Positions 30,938 through 41,790 of a stretch of 64,000 nt of DNA are shown here, one piece after another. Position numbers and translations under genes: made by a program. The stretch is from Candidatus Eiseniibacteriota bacterium (GTDB lineage: Bacteria > Eisenbacteria > RBG-16-71-46). Positions within the stretch are counted from its first letter, which is position 1; the number at the start of each line of letters is the position of its first letter. The notes under the pieces are model-generated. The model did no database searches, was not told where the DNA came from, and saw nothing but the letters and a program-made list of their open reading frames with translations. The stretch spans positions 128,001 to 192,000 of the forward strand of contig CAVZLN010000008.1 in the NCBI GenBank assembly GCA_963776245.1. Reading direction: 5' to 3'.

Positions 30938-33781
30938 ATGACTCGATTCACTCCCGGCAAGAAGCTCGGTCCCTACGAAGTCGTCGCCTCCCTCGGTGCT
31001 GGAGGGATGGGCGAAGTGTACCGGGCTCGCGACCCGCGCCTCGGCCGCGAGGTGGCGATCAAGGTGCTGCCCCAGCGCCTTTCCTCCTCGCCGGATTTCC
31101 GCGCCCGCTTCGAACGCGAGGCGCGTACGCTCTCGCGGCTCAATCATCCGCATATCTGCACGCTCCACGACGTCGGGCACGATTCCGGCATCGACTACCT
31201 GGTGATGGAGCTGATCGAGGGCGAGACGCTGGCCGCCCGCCTCGAGCACGGGCCGCTGCCGATCGACCGCCTGCTCGCGCTCGCGGCGCAGATCGCCGCG
31301 GCCCTGGTCGAGGCGCATCGCGCCGGGCTCGTGCACCGCGATCTCAAGCCTTCGAACCTGATGCTGACGGGTTCCGGGGTGAAGCTGCTCGACTTCGGCC
31401 TGGCGCGCCCGGCTGAGCCGCTCGCGGCCGCGGGCGGGGCGCCAAGCCAGGCGCCCACGGTGCATCAGCCGCTGACGACCGCGGGCGCGATCGTCGGCAC
31501 GTTCCAGTACATGGCGCCCGAACAGATCGAGGGCCGGGAGGCCGACGCGCGCACGGACGTGTTCGCGCTCGGTTGCGTCCTCTACGAGATGGCGACCGGC
31601 AGCCGGCCGTTCTCAGGCGGCGACGGTGTCGCGATCCTCGCCTCTATGCTGCGCGACCGGCCGGAGCCGCTCACCGCGCGGAACAGCGCCATGCCGCACG
31701 GGCTGGAGCACATCGTGGCGCGCTGCCTCGAGCGCGATCCCGCCCGGCGCTACGGCACCGTGGCGGAATTCGCCGCCGACCTGGACCGGCTGCGGCGCTG
31801 GGCGCACGACGAGGGCCTGCCGGAGCTGGCCCGCATCTGCGACCGCATCCTGATGATGGAGGAGGGGCCGGATTCGTGGCAGGCGTTCCAACTGGCGCGC
31901 GAGATCGAGAAGCTCGCCCCCGGCGACCCGATGCTCGAACGGCTGCGGCCGGACTTCACGCTGCCGATCTCGGTCGTCACCGATCCGCCGGGAGCGTCGG
32001 CGTCCGCGTGCTTCTATGGCGACCCCGACGGGGAGTGGATGTCGCTCGGGCGCACGCCTCTCGTCGGCATCCCGTATCCGCGCGGACTCTCACGGCTGCG
32101 GCTGGAACTGCCCGGCCATCGCCCGGTGAACGACCTGGTCCTGAATCTCACGCGGACCATGTCGAGCGCGATGGAGCGCGAGACGGGCACCTGGCGTTAC
32201 ACGATGCGCCGGCCCGGCGAGATCCCCGACGAGATGGAAGAGGTGCCGGCCGGCAGCTACCCGATGTACATGCCCGGGCTGGACCACCTCCAACCCGAGC
32301 CCACCACCGCGTTTCTGATGGACCGCCACCCGGTCACCAACCGCGAGTACAAGCGGTTCGTGGACGACGGCGGGTACGCCCGCGAGGAGTGGTGGCGCGA
32401 GCCCGTGATCGAGGATGGGCACGCCCTGCCATGGGCCGCGGCCGTCGCTCGCTTCAGAGACGCGGTCGGCCACCCGGGCCCGGCCGGCTGGGAGATGGGC
32501 GAGTACGCCGCCGGCGAGGATGACCACCCGGTCGTCGGCGTGAGTTGGTACGAAGCCGGGGCCTTTGCCGCCTGGGCAGGCAAGGCGCTGCCGACCGTGT
32601 TCCATTGGAACCGGGCGGCGCTGACGTTCGTGTGTTCGCAGGTGGTGCCGCTCGCGAACCTGTCCGGCCGCGGGACGATGCCGGTCGGGCGGACGCGGAG
32701 CGTGAACCGGTTCGGCGTGCACGACCTGGCGGGCAACGTGCGCGAGTGGGTGGTGAACCCGGTCGAACGCACCGGCGAGCGCTTCATCCTCGGCGGCGGG
32801 TGGAACGATCCCGGGTACGCCTTCTCCGACGTCTACGCCCAGCCGGCCCTCGACCGCTCGCTCACGAACGGGTTCCGCTGCATCCGTCCGCTCGAGCCGG
32901 AGCCGAATCTCGCGAACCTCAGCCGCCGCATCGACCTGCCATTCCGCGACTACCGGACCGAGACCCCGGTCGCGGACGAGGTGTATGCGTACTTCCTCCG
33001 CCTGTTCCACTACGACAAGGAGCCGCTGGGGGCGGTGATCGTCGCCGATCAGTCCAGTCCGGTGGGTCGCTGGCAGACCATCCAGTTCGCGGCCGCCTAC
33101 GGCGGCGAGCAGATGCAGGCGCACCTCTTCCTCCCCGCGCGGGGGCGGCCCCCGTACCAGACGGTCGTGATCTTCCCCGGTTCGCTGGCGCTGGACACGC
33201 GGACGTTCAACCTCGCCGAGGTCCGCCGCCTCGACTTCCTGGTCAGGAGCGGCCGCGCCGCATTGCTCCCCGTCTACAAGGCGACGTACGAGCGCGGGAG
33301 CGAGTTGAAGTCCGACACGCCCAAGGCGACGGCCGACTACCGCGATCACGTGGCCATGTGGGGCAAGGACCTCGCGCGGGCGATCGACTACATCGAGACG
33401 CGCCCGGATCTGGACGCGGGCCGCATCGCCTACTTCGGGACCAGCTGGGGCGGGGCGATGGGGGCGATCTTCCCGGCGATCGAGAAGCGCATCCAGGTCA
33501 ACGTGCTCTACGTGGCCGGTCTCTACTTCCAGCGCCCGCTGCCGGAGGCCGACCAGGTGAACTACCTCACGCGCGTGACCCAGCCCACGCTCATGCTCAA
33601 CGGCGAGCTGGACTTCTTCTTCCCCGCCGAGACCTCGCAACGGCCGATGTTCGAGATGCTCGGCACTCCACCGGAGCACAAGAAGCGGCTCACGTACCCG
33701 CGCGGCCACACCGTGCCCAAGGTCGAACTGATCAAGGAATCCCTGGCGTGGCTGGACCGGTACCTGGGTCCGGTGGAGTGA
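30938..33781 (+). CDS. Ser/Thr kinase - FGE/SUMF1 domain - alpha/beta hydrolase fusion
   Basis: GAGGMGEVY, HRDLKPSN, DFG, YMAPE; PVTNREY, HPVVGVSWYEA, DLAGNVREW, GFRC; GTSWGG, NGELD, GH. Confidence 0.9.
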   Translation: MTRFTPGKKLGPYEVVASLGAGGMGEVYRARDPRLGREVAIKVLPQRLSSSPDFRARFEREARTLSRLNHPHICTLHDVGHDSGIDYLVMELIEGETLAARLEHGPLPIDRLLALAAQIAAALVEAHRAGLVHRDLKPSNLMLTGSGVKLLDFGLARPAEPLAAAGGAPSQAPTVHQPLTTAGAIVGTFQYMAPEQIEGREADARTDVFALGCVLYEMATGSRPFSGGDGVAILASMLRDRPEPLTARNSAMPHGLEHIVARCLERDPARRYGTVAEFAADLDRLRRWAHDEGLPELARICDRILMMEEGPDSWQAFQLAREIEKLAPGDPMLERLRPDFTLPISVVTDPPGASASACFYGDPDGEWMSLGRTPLVGIPYPRGLSRLRLELPGHRPVNDLVLNLTRTMSSAMERETGTWRYTMRRPGEIPDEMEEVPAGSYPMYMPGLDHLQPEPTTAFLMDRHPVTNREYKRFVDDGGYAREEWWREPVIEDGHALPWAAAVARFRDAVGHPGPAGWEMGEYAAGEDDHPVVGVSWYEAGAFAAWAGKALPTVFHWNRAALTFVCSQVVPLANLSGRGTMPVGRTRSVNRFGVHDLAGNVREWVVNPVERTGERFILGGGWNDPGYAFSDVYAQPALDRSLTNGFRCIRPLEPEPNLANLSRRIDLPFRDYRTETPVADEVYAYFLRLFHYDKEPLGAVIVADQSSPVGRWQTIQFAAAYGGEQMQAHLFLPARGRPPYQTVVIFPGSLALDTRTFNLAEVRRLDFLVRSGRAALLPVYKATYERGSELKSDTPKATADYRDHVAMWGKDLARAIDYIETRPDLDAGRIAYFGTSWGGAMGAIFPAIEKRIQVNVLYVAGLYFQRPLPEADQVNYLTRVTQPTLMLNGELDFFFPAETSQRPMFEMLGTPPEHKKRLTYPRGHTVPKVELIKESLAWLDRYLGPVE

Positions 33782-33790
33782 CCGGGCGGA

Positions 33791-33817
33791 GGCGGGAGCG
33801 CGCGCAGCGCTCCCGCC
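33791..33817. terminator. 11-bp hairpin between convergent genes
   Basis: GGCGGGAGCGC-GCGCA-GCGCTCCCGCC. Confidence 0.5.
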
Positions 33818-33835
33818 CCACCCGAGCGTCGGCGC

Positions 33836-35263
33836 TCAAGCCCCGGGACGGATGTTCTGGTTCACCCGGAACAGGTTCTCGGGGTCGTACTTCGCCTTGA
33901 GCTTCGCCAGCCGGTCGTAGTTGACACCATAGGCGCCGGCGCGGACGCGCTGGGCCTCTTCCTCGGGCATGAAGTTCACATAGACGCCGCCGGTCGCGTG
34001 CGGCGTCAGCGCGTCGAACAGACCGCGAGCCCAGGCGATGCAGGCCTTGTCGTCGGCCGCGTTGCCCCACCGCGTGTGGATGTTCACCACGTAGTTGATG
34101 TCACGATGCGGGTACGCCGTCGCCCCGGCAGGCACCCGGTTGATGGCGCCTCCGAGCTGCGCGAACGCGATCTCGCATTCGGGAGAAGGGAGTTTGCGCG
34201 CGTGCTCGAGCAGCACGTCGATGGCCCCGTCGGTGAGGCTCTTGAAGCTGTGCGACTTCCAGTAGTTCCGCATGCCCGGCGCGAGGAGCGGATCGAGGAT
34301 CGCCTGCCACGCCAGGAACGGGTGGGGCGCGGTCACGTCGGCGATCGGCTTGCCGAGGGCGCGCAGCGGCGCCATCGCCTGCTGTCCCTTCGTCACGTCG
34401 CCGGAGTAGCAGGCCGCGAAGACGAGGACCTCCTTCCCGTGCCATTCGGGAGGCAGGAAAGGCAGCGGCGGGGCCTTGCGAAGCACGAACCACACCGCCA
34501 GCTCGTCCGGCGCCTCGGCGGTGATGCGGCGATACTCCTGGAGCAGCTCCCTGGCCTGCGCGAGCGGGTGGATGATGAGGCCCGAGAGCACCTCGGGACC
34601 GATGCGATGCAGCTTGAACTCGAATGACGTGACCACGCCGAAGTTGCCACCGCCGCCGCGGATCGCCCAGAACAGATCGGGGTCGCTCTCCCTGCTGGCC
34701 CGGACCAGCCGGCCATCGGCGGTCACCACGTCGGCCGAGATCAAGTTGTCGATCGACAGACCGAACGCGCGACTGATCCAACCGAAGCCGGCCCCCAGCG
34801 TGAGGCCGGCGACCCCGGTGGTCGAGTTGATGCCGACCGGCGTCGCGAGCCCGAAGGCCTGCGTCTCGCGGTCGAGCTCCCCGAGCGTGACGCCGGGCTC
34901 GACGCGCGCCGTCCGGCTCGCCGGATCCACCCACACCGACTTCATCGGGGTCAGGTCGAGCATCAGTCCGTCGTCGCACACCGCGCTGCCGGCGATGTTG
35001 TGCCCTCCGCCGCGGACCGAGAGCCGCAGGCCATGCTGCCGCGCGAATCCGACCGCGTGGATCACGTCGTTGACCCCCGCGGCGCGCACGACGATCGCGG
35101 GGCGGCGATCGATCATCGCGTTCCAGACGGTCCGGGCCTGCTCGAAGCCGGGCTCACCTGGCCAGCACAGGCTGCCGCGGAGCTGGGCGCGCAGGGCGTC
35201 CAGCGTCTCGGAGGGGAGGGTCCGCGTGGCGCCATCGCCGGTCCTGAATGTGACGGGGGGCAT
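33836..35263 (-). CDS. FAD-linked oxidoreductase (BBE / 6-hydroxy-D-nicotine oxidase-like)
   Basis: RGGGHN, GVAGLTLG, LFWAIRGGGGNFGVVT, YVNF, KAKYDPENLF. Confidence 0.92.
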   Translation of the reverse strand: MPPVTFRTGDGATRTLPSETLDALRAQLRGSLCWPGEPGFEQARTVWNAMIDRRPAIVVRAAGVNDVIHAVGFARQHGLRLSVRGGGHNIAGSAVCDDGLMLDLTPMKSVWVDPASRTARVEPGVTLGELDRETQAFGLATPVGINSTTGVAGLTLGAGFGWISRAFGLSIDNLISADVVTADGRLVRASRESDPDLFWAIRGGGGNFGVVTSFEFKLHRIGPEVLSGLIIHPLAQARELLQEYRRITAEAPDELAVWFVLRKAPPLPFLPPEWHGKEVLVFAACYSGDVTKGQQAMAPLRALGKPIADVTAPHPFLAWQAILDPLLAPGMRNYWKSHSFKSLTDGAIDVLLEHARKLPSPECEIAFAQLGGAINRVPAGATAYPHRDINYVVNIHTRWGNAADDKACIAWARGLFDALTPHATGGVYVNFMPEEEAQRVRAGAYGVNYDRLAKLKAKYDPENLFRVNQNIRPGA

Positions 35264-35572
35264 CGCATGGTTCCTTTCAGTCGGCCCGTGGGGTGGGGAC
35301 GGAACTGCGGCCACGCCGCGATGATAGTCGAGTGAGCGGACGGACGGGTGACTCATTTCCGTGCCCGGCATGCCGTGGGACTGGATCGACCCGCCCCGGC
35401 TCCGCTCGACGACGCGCGGCCGACTCCTTTCGGGTGCAGAAGGCTCGCGCGTGAGACTCACGATGACGCGGTCGACCCATGGATTCGGACTTCTCGAATG
35501 GCACGGCCCCGGTTCCGATCGCCCGGCGCGGCGAGTCCCGGGCTCAGCGCCAGCCGCCCCGCCGGGCCTCGC

Positions 35573-37171
35573 TCATGGATTCCGCACGAGCACCGCATAG
35601 CCGTCGCCCTGCAGGCCGACCTGGTAGTGCGCGACGAGGTAGCGCACCAGTTCGGGGAAACGGGTCGTCGTGTCCTCGCCCTGCACCCAGGGCTTCTGGG
35701 TCTCGATGACGATAACGAACCTCGGCGCCGCGCGCCCGAGGCTGGCCATGAACCGCCGCCGCAGCCCCTGCACGTAGGGCGTCGAGACGTGATGGTAGAA
35801 GTGGAAGTCGTACACGAACGGGGTCGCGAGACGCGCGCGCGCGATCAGCATGGCGTGCACGGCGCCACCGGTCCAGTCGAGCGGTTGCACCGTGTCTCCC
35901 GGACGCAGGTTCTCCCTCAGGTACGCCGCGATCGAATCGATGCGCGACCGCAGCGGCGTGTCCACCGTGCCGCCCGCGAGTTGGACCTCCAGCGCCGCGG
36001 GGGGCCGCACCCACAGCGCGATCGCGACCACGGCGAACAGCGGCAGTCCCTCGCGCAGCGCGCGTGGAAGTGTCTTCACCCCCGCCGACCACGCGAGCGT
36101 CACGGCGAATGCCATGACCAGCAGGAACGGATACCAGTGGTAGGGCCAGAACTGCCCGCCCAGCGCCGGAGCGAGCGTGTGCGCGACCAGAAGTCCGGCG
36201 AGCAGCGCGACGTACCCGCGTTCGACCGAGCCGCGCGCGTGGGCGGCGAACGCCAGCGCGAGGCCCGCGGCCGCGGGGAGCCACCAGGCCCGGTACCCTC
36301 CCATCGCCCACAGCCCGGCCCACAGGTAGGCGGGCCGCTTCGCGTCCGAGAGGGTCTCGTGCAATGCACCGAGCCGGGCGTAGAGCGGCAGATAGCCGGT
36401 GTAGATGTCGAGGAACGCCGTCCACGCGCCCGTCACCAGCAGGTAGGCGGCGGTCGCCAGCAGCGGCAGCACGAAGCCGAGCGCGCCGGCGCCCAGCGCC
36501 CGCGCGCCCGCCATCCTGGAGCGCTTCTCTCCTGGCTCGGACCGCCGGTCCAGCCAGAACAGATAGGCGAGGACCGGGACGAGATCGATCGCCATCGCGG
36601 GCTTGATCGCCGCCGCGATCCCCAGCAGGTTGCCGGCCAACAGGGAGCGGCGCCACACCGGCGAGCCGCCGCCGGGAGCGAGCACCGCGAGCGCCCCCGC
36701 GAGCGGCACCGCCATCATGGACTCGCGCTGCAAACCATGCAGCGCGGCCTCGTGCAGGTAGAGCGCCGCGTAGAGCAGCGGCGCACCGAACCCGACGCGG
36801 CCCCCGAAGCGCCGCGCCGCCCACGCCAGCGAGCCCAGCGTGGCCGCCAACAGGCCCAGGTCCACGAGTCGCACGCCGACATCCGCGAAGCCCGTCAGAC
36901 TGCCGATCAGCGCGAACGCGAGGTCCGTGAGCGGGAGGTTCATCTCGAACAGGTCGCGGAACGGCACCGCCCCGTAGCGCTCGATCATGAAGCCGACGTA
37001 GAGCAGGATCGGTGAGTCGTGATACACGCGCCAGCCCAGCGAACTCACCGCGACCCCGACCACCAGGACCGCCAGCGCCACGATCGCGAAGTCGATGGGG
37101 GCCCGAGACAGCCGGAAGCCATCATGCGCCCGGGTCACTGCGCGCGCGGTTCGTGGTTTGCGCTCGGCCAT
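35573..37171 (-). CDS. GT-C-like membrane glycosyltransferase
   Basis: HDSPILLY..G..GAVPFRDLFEMNLP motif, many TMs, WPYHWYP. Confidence 0.65.
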   Translation of the reverse strand: MAERKPRTARAVTRAHDGFRLSRAPIDFAIVALAVLVVGVAVSSLGWRVYHDSPILLYVGFMIERYGAVPFRDLFEMNLPLTDLAFALIGSLTGFADVGVRLVDLGLLAATLGSLAWAARRFGGRVGFGAPLLYAALYLHEAALHGLQRESMMAVPLAGALAVLAPGGGSPVWRRSLLAGNLLGIAAAIKPAMAIDLVPVLAYLFWLDRRSEPGEKRSRMAGARALGAGALGFVLPLLATAAYLLVTGAWTAFLDIYTGYLPLYARLGALHETLSDAKRPAYLWAGLWAMGGYRAWWLPAAAGLALAFAAHARGSVERGYVALLAGLLVAHTLAPALGGQFWPYHWYPFLLVMAFAVTLAWSAGVKTLPRALREGLPLFAVVAIALWVRPPAALEVQLAGGTVDTPLRSRIDSIAAYLRENLRPGDTVQPLDWTGGAVHAMLIARARLATPFVYDFHFYHHVSTPYVQGLRRRFMASLGRAAPRFVIVIETQKPWVQGEDTTTRFPELVRYLVAHYQVGLQGDGYAVLVRNP

Positions 37172-37486
37172 GTCGTCCTGAGAACTCCGTCGGAGAGCAG
37201 GATCCCACGACGGCGCCGGATCGCCCCGCTCACCGTCGAACGACGACACGCCAGCCGAGGCTCATCTCCCGCGGAAGGGGGCGAGGTCGCGGATCACCCG
37301 ACACCACGATGTCCGACAGGCCGGGGCCCGCCGGACGTGGCGCTGTTCCACTTCCTCTGCCCGTTTACCCTACCACGTCCGGCGTCTCCCCGATCCGCAT
37401 GACGATCGGGACCCCGAGGCGGGCGCGCGCTCGAGATCCCGGGGCTGTCCTGTCCGGGTCCTCGCGCGGTCGCGCCCGTGCTCGTC

Positions 37487-37786
37487 TCAGCGCGCGGCCA
37501 TGTAGGCGCCGACCCCCTTCTTCATGTCTTCCGCGTTCATTGCCGGGCACCAGGTGACCTTCGCGCCGAGCTCGATGAAGAACGGTTCCGCCGCGGCGGG
37601 CATCTGCGTCACGTCCTTCAGGTCGAAGTAGAAGTGCGCGCAGCGGTCGCCATTGGACGTGATGAAGTACCCGGCCTCGGGCCGGAACGTCTCGATGAAC
37701 TTGCCCATCACCTGGGGAAGCGCCCCACTCTGGATCGCACCGTTGCCACTCGCGTTGGGAAGCTGGACGGACATGAACATGCGCAT
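37487..37786 (-). CDS. Small conserved hypothetical protein (DUF3303/GYD-like ferredoxin fold)
   Basis: GAGGAG RBS; RPEAGYF..GDR..FDL..MP..AEPFF.ELGA.V...PAMN.ED pattern. Confidence 0.7.
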   Translation of the reverse strand: MRMFMSVQLPNASGNGAIQSGALPQVMGKFIETFRPEAGYFITSNGDRCAHFYFDLKDVTQMPAAAEPFFIELGAKVTWCPAMNAEDMKKGVGAYMAAR

Positions 37787-38100
37787 CGAGATCGAACTCC
37801 TCGCGGAAGACCGCGCCTGGGGACGACGGGTGGGCCAGCGCTCCGGGCTCTCCGGACCAACGCCGAAGGGTCGGCTCGCAGCTCGCGCCGACCCGTGCGC
37901 CGTTGGATGCAGCCGGCCTGCAATCGGACGAACGAAACCCGCGGCGCCCCCCGGGGCCGTCCGACGCCGCGCTTCAGGCGGCTGGACCGTCGGGAAGACC
38001 GCGCCCTGGCTCGGTGCGGATCCAGCGATCGGCGGTCACCGTCGAGTCGAGCCACCGGGTCGAGGTCGTCAGCCCCTCGCGCGTGAGGTAGTTTCCCCGC

Positions 38101-40182
38101 ATGCGCTTCGCGGGGGCCATCCGTCCGGTTCGCCCTGAGTCGCTCGCGCCCCTGGTCGCGGTGGCCAGTGGCTCGATCGCCTTCGCCGCCTATGCCTCGA
38201 CCGCGGCGCGCACGATCACATGGTGGGACGGAAGCAGCTACCCGCTCGCGGCGTGCACCCTGGGCATCAACTCAGCGCCGGGATCCCTGCTGCTCATGTT
38301 GATCGGCTGGGTGACGACCCGCGTGCCCCTCGTGCATCCGGTCGCTTTCCAGTTGAATCTGCTCGCCGCGCTCTGCGCCTCAGCGATGGTGGGGGTCGTG
38401 ACGTGGCTCTCGATCCATCTTGCGACCCCGGAGGACCGGGCACCCCGGCCGCGGGACATCGCCGCGGGCGCGGCGGCCGGACTCACGCTGGCCTTCACCG
38501 TCACGGTGTGGGGCTACGCCACTCAGTTCACCCCCTACGTCCTCACCGCGCTCTTCACGAGTCTCATCCTCTCGACGGCGCTGGCGTGGTGGCGCCGGGC
38601 ACGAGGATCGCACGCGCCGGCACGGCTCTTCATCCTCTTCCTGCTCTTCGGCCTCGACTTCAGCGTCCATCGCACCAACCTCCTTCTCCTGCCGGCCGCG
38701 CTGCTCTGGATCTCCCTGCGCCGCCCGCGGGCGTGGCGGAGCGCCGCCGTGTGGAGCGCGGGACTCGGCGGGCTCGCGTTGGGGCTCGCATTCCACCTGG
38801 TGCTCATCCCCATCGCCCGCCGCGATCCGCCGTTCAATATGTCCGACCCGCGCGACCTGTCGCGCTGGTGGTCCTACGTGACGCTCGAGCAGCAGGGCGG
38901 AGGGTTCCTCATCCGGCTCTGGCCCCGCGCGGCGGATCCCGTCCGGGTACAACTCGGGGACTACCTGAGCTTCCTTCGCTCCAACCTGTGGCCGGTGGGG
39001 AGTCCCGTGACGGGTGTGCTCCCGGCGCTCCTCGCCGTGGTGGGCGCGTTCGCGGCGGTCCGCGCCGCCCCGCGGCGCGGCCTGGGCCTGCTGGGGTTCT
39101 TCCTGTGCGCGAGCCTCGGCGCGGTGCTCTATTTCAACCTGCCGGCGAACTACTTCCGCACCATGGGCCGGCACTATCTGCCGTCCCTGGTCGTGCTCGC
39201 GCCCTTCGTCGGCGCGGGAGCAGGTGCCTGGATCGGCCTCGCCGCGTTCGCGCGTGGCCGGGTCCGCGGCGCGCTCGCCCTCGGCCTTGGCGCGCTGCTC
39301 GCGCTCGCCCCGATCGCGGGCTGGTCCGCGAACCGACGGGGCTGCGACCTCTCGGACGTGCGTTTCGCGGAGTCGATCTCACGCGACGTGCTCGCCTCGC
39401 TCCCGCCCCGAGCATTCCTGCTGACCAATGGCGACAACGACACGTTCCCACTCTGGTATCTCCAGCAGGTCGAACACGTGCGCCAGGACGTCACGGTCAT
39501 CAACCTGCCGTGCGCCAACACCGGCTGGTACCTGGCTCAACTGCGCCGGCGCGATCCGGACCTCGCGCACCTGCTCGAACGCGAGCAGGGTCTCGACGTC
39601 CTGGGCGTCGTGAACGTGGCGGATTCGACCGTGACCGCGGCCGTGGAGCCCGGGGCCGCGACCGGGCTGCCCTCGGGGGCGGCCGCCCCCGAGTCGGTCG
39701 TGTTCCGTCCCTCCGGAGTGCTCTACGGAGAGGATCGGGTGCTGCTCGACCTCCTGCGCCGGAACCGATGGCGCCGACCCGTGCATCTCGCCGCGACGGT
39801 GACGCGCGATCGCACCGCATGGCTCTGGCCCTATACGCGGCTGGCGGGCCTCACCTACGGCGTGGTCCCCTCGGCCGACCCCGCGGTCTGGGACATCGAG
39901 GCCCCCCGCCACGCGCTGCTCGAGGTGTGCCGCTATGAGGACGTCGCGGACACGACGGTCGCGATGGACGCGACCTCCCGTGGGCTGTGCCGCAACTACC
40001 TGGCCGCGTTGGTCCAGCTCGCCAGCTCCCGGCTCGCGCGCGATGACGCCGCGGGCTGCCTCGCGACGCTCGAGTTCCTCGAGGCGCACGTGCCGCCGCG
40101 ACGGCTCGCGACGGAGGGCGATCCCCTCGGGCAACTGCGCGCGCAGGCGCGGGAACGGATGCGGGCCTCCTCACGCCGGTGA
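38101..40182 (+). CDS. DUF2723 / TMEM260-like membrane protein (putative protein O-glycosyltransferase)
   Basis: TITWWDG..Y..AA.TLGI..APG N-terminus and LLTNGDNDTFPLWYLQQVEHVRQDVTVINL. Confidence 0.85.
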   Translation: MRFAGAIRPVRPESLAPLVAVASGSIAFAAYASTAARTITWWDGSSYPLAACTLGINSAPGSLLLMLIGWVTTRVPLVHPVAFQLNLLAALCASAMVGVVTWLSIHLATPEDRAPRPRDIAAGAAAGLTLAFTVTVWGYATQFTPYVLTALFTSLILSTALAWWRRARGSHAPARLFILFLLFGLDFSVHRTNLLLLPAALLWISLRRPRAWRSAAVWSAGLGGLALGLAFHLVLIPIARRDPPFNMSDPRDLSRWWSYVTLEQQGGGFLIRLWPRAADPVRVQLGDYLSFLRSNLWPVGSPVTGVLPALLAVVGAFAAVRAAPRRGLGLLGFFLCASLGAVLYFNLPANYFRTMGRHYLPSLVVLAPFVGAGAGAWIGLAAFARGRVRGALALGLGALLALAPIAGWSANRRGCDLSDVRFAESISRDVLASLPPRAFLLTNGDNDTFPLWYLQQVEHVRQDVTVINLPCANTGWYLAQLRRRDPDLAHLLEREQGLDVLGVVNVADSTVTAAVEPGAATGLPSGAAAPESVVFRPSGVLYGEDRVLLDLLRRNRWRRPVHLAATVTRDRTAWLWPYTRLAGLTYGVVPSADPAVWDIEAPRHALLEVCRYEDVADTTVAMDATSRGLCRNYLAALVQLASSRLARDDAAGCLATLEFLEAHVPPRRLATEGDPLGQLRAQARERMRASSRR

Positions 40183-40302
40183 CGTCGAAGTTCGGGATTG
40201 ACGAGAGCGGGGACTCTCCCGACCATGGGGATGTGGGGAGGGTGGGAGAATCGACGAGCACCGAGGAGACCTGGCCGGCCTGACCTCCCGCGAGGATCAC
40301 GA

Positions 40303-41790
40303 ATGGACGGTTCGCGCGCCGGACGATCGAGCTTCGGCCGTGCCGGCCTGTGGCTGGCGACGGCATGCGGCCTGCTGCTGTCCGGCATGCCGGGCGCCGC
40401 TGCGCTCCCCGCCCGCCTCTTCCCCCCGTTGGCGAACGCATGGGAGGACCCGCTCGCTCCGATGGTGCGCCGCATCGACCACTACCTCCAGGAATGCCAG
40501 GTGGACGGCGTCACCATGGACTGGCGCTACTCGGTGATCCCCTCCGAGGAGATCCGCCAGACGGTGGTGTGCCAGCTGCTCGCCTACGTCGAGCTGTCCC
40601 GCCTGGACCCGCGCACGCGATTGCGCGTCGAGATCGTCCGGCATGCGGACTTCCTGCTCGGTCGCCTCCAGGAGATCCGCTCGTTCACGCCATTCGACGG
40701 CATGCTCGCCTACAGCCTGCTCGGCGCCTACGAGATCACGCACGAGCAGCGCTTCCTCGATGCCGGATCGTCGATGATGAACGACCTGCTCGCCATCCCG
40801 ACCTCGCAATGCGTGCTCAATGGCGGGCTCATGGTGGCCATGGCCACGGCGGAATACGGGCGGCTCACGGGCTCCGCGCAGGCGGAACAGAAGACCCACG
40901 ACATCCTGGCGCAGTTGGTGCCGTACCAGAACGCGGATGGGAGTTTCCCGCACTGGTGCCCGGGGTCGCGTGACATCCACTACACGGGCTGGATGGCGAT
41001 GGAGCTGATCCACATCAGCCACCTCATGGACGATCCGCACATCGAGCCGTTCCTCTCCACCATGTCGACGTTCCTCGAAGGTCGGATCGCCCCCGACGGC
41101 CGGGCGAAGTACGAGGAACCGTGTCCGGACTATCCGGGCTGCATGCTCTACTACTACAGCCGCGCCACCGGCTGTGGCTACGATCTCGACAGCCGCGGCT
41201 GGACGGTGGAGCCGGCCTACTGCGGCCTGTTGTTCGATCGCCAGGGCTCGCCGCAGTACCAGCCGGTGATGACGTTTCTGGACTCCCTCGAGGACGGGGG
41301 CACCATCGCGGACCTCTACGGTTACTGGCCGCCGCCCAGCGACCCCGAGTACCCATGGACGATCGCGGACACGTCGGTCGTCTGCATGAGCATCAACCTG
41401 TGGGTGCTCAGTACGGCGATCGCGGATCGCGTCGGACGGGGGGTGCCCGTGGACCTGGTGCTCGACGACGTCATCGACACCTCCGTCACACCACCGGAAC
41501 CACCCCTGGTCTACAACGCGAGACCGCTCTCCGTGGAGCCCAACCCGGCGCCCGGCGGGTGCGTCCTGCGCTTCTCGCTGGCCACCCCGAGGCGTGGCTC
41601 GCTGGCCGTGTTCGACGCGAGCGGGCGCAAGGTGCGCACGCTCGAGTCCGGCGGCTTCGCGCGTGGCGCCTATTCCCCGCGCTGGGATGGACGCGATGAC
41701 GCGGGCCGCTCGGTGCCCGAGGGCATCTACTTCGCGAGCCTGCGCCTCGACCACAGCGTCCAGACGCGGCCGTTCGCGCTCCTGCGATGA
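40303..41790 (+). CDS. Secreted alpha/alpha-toroid-like protein with C-terminal FlgD-Ig/T9SS-type domain
   Basis: Signal peptide, YEITHEQRFL and QNADGSF motifs, PNPA...WDGRDDAG..GIYF...LLR. Confidence 0.7.
   Translation: MDGSRAGRSSFGRAGLWLATACGLLLSGMPGAAALPARLFPPLANAWEDPLAPMVRRIDHYLQECQVDGVTMDWRYSVIPSEEIRQTVVCQLLAYVELSRLDPRTRLRVEIVRHADFLLGRLQEIRSFTPFDGMLAYSLLGAYEITHEQRFLDAGSSMMNDLLAIPTSQCVLNGGLMVAMATAEYGRLTGSAQAEQKTHDILAQLVPYQNADGSFPHWCPGSRDIHYTGWMAMELIHISHLMDDPHIEPFLSTMSTFLEGRIAPDGRAKYEEPCPDYPGCMLYYYSRATGCGYDLDSRGWTVEPAYCGLLFDRQGSPQYQPVMTFLDSLEDGGTIADLYGYWPPPSDPEYPWTIADTSVVCMSINLWVLSTAIADRVGRGVPVDLVLDDVIDTSVTPPEPPLVYNARPLSVEPNPAPGGCVLRFSLATPRRGSLAVFDASGRKVRTLESGGFARGAYSPRWDGRDDAGRSVPEGIYFASLRLDHSVQTRPFALLR

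Noticed and set aside
37855..37909. Integron attC-like palindrome (GACCAAC...GGGTCGGC/GCCGACCC...GTTGGAT)
   Set aside because: Single copy, imperfect R'' box, no clear extrahelical bases, no intI, and not positioned after a cassette stop codon.
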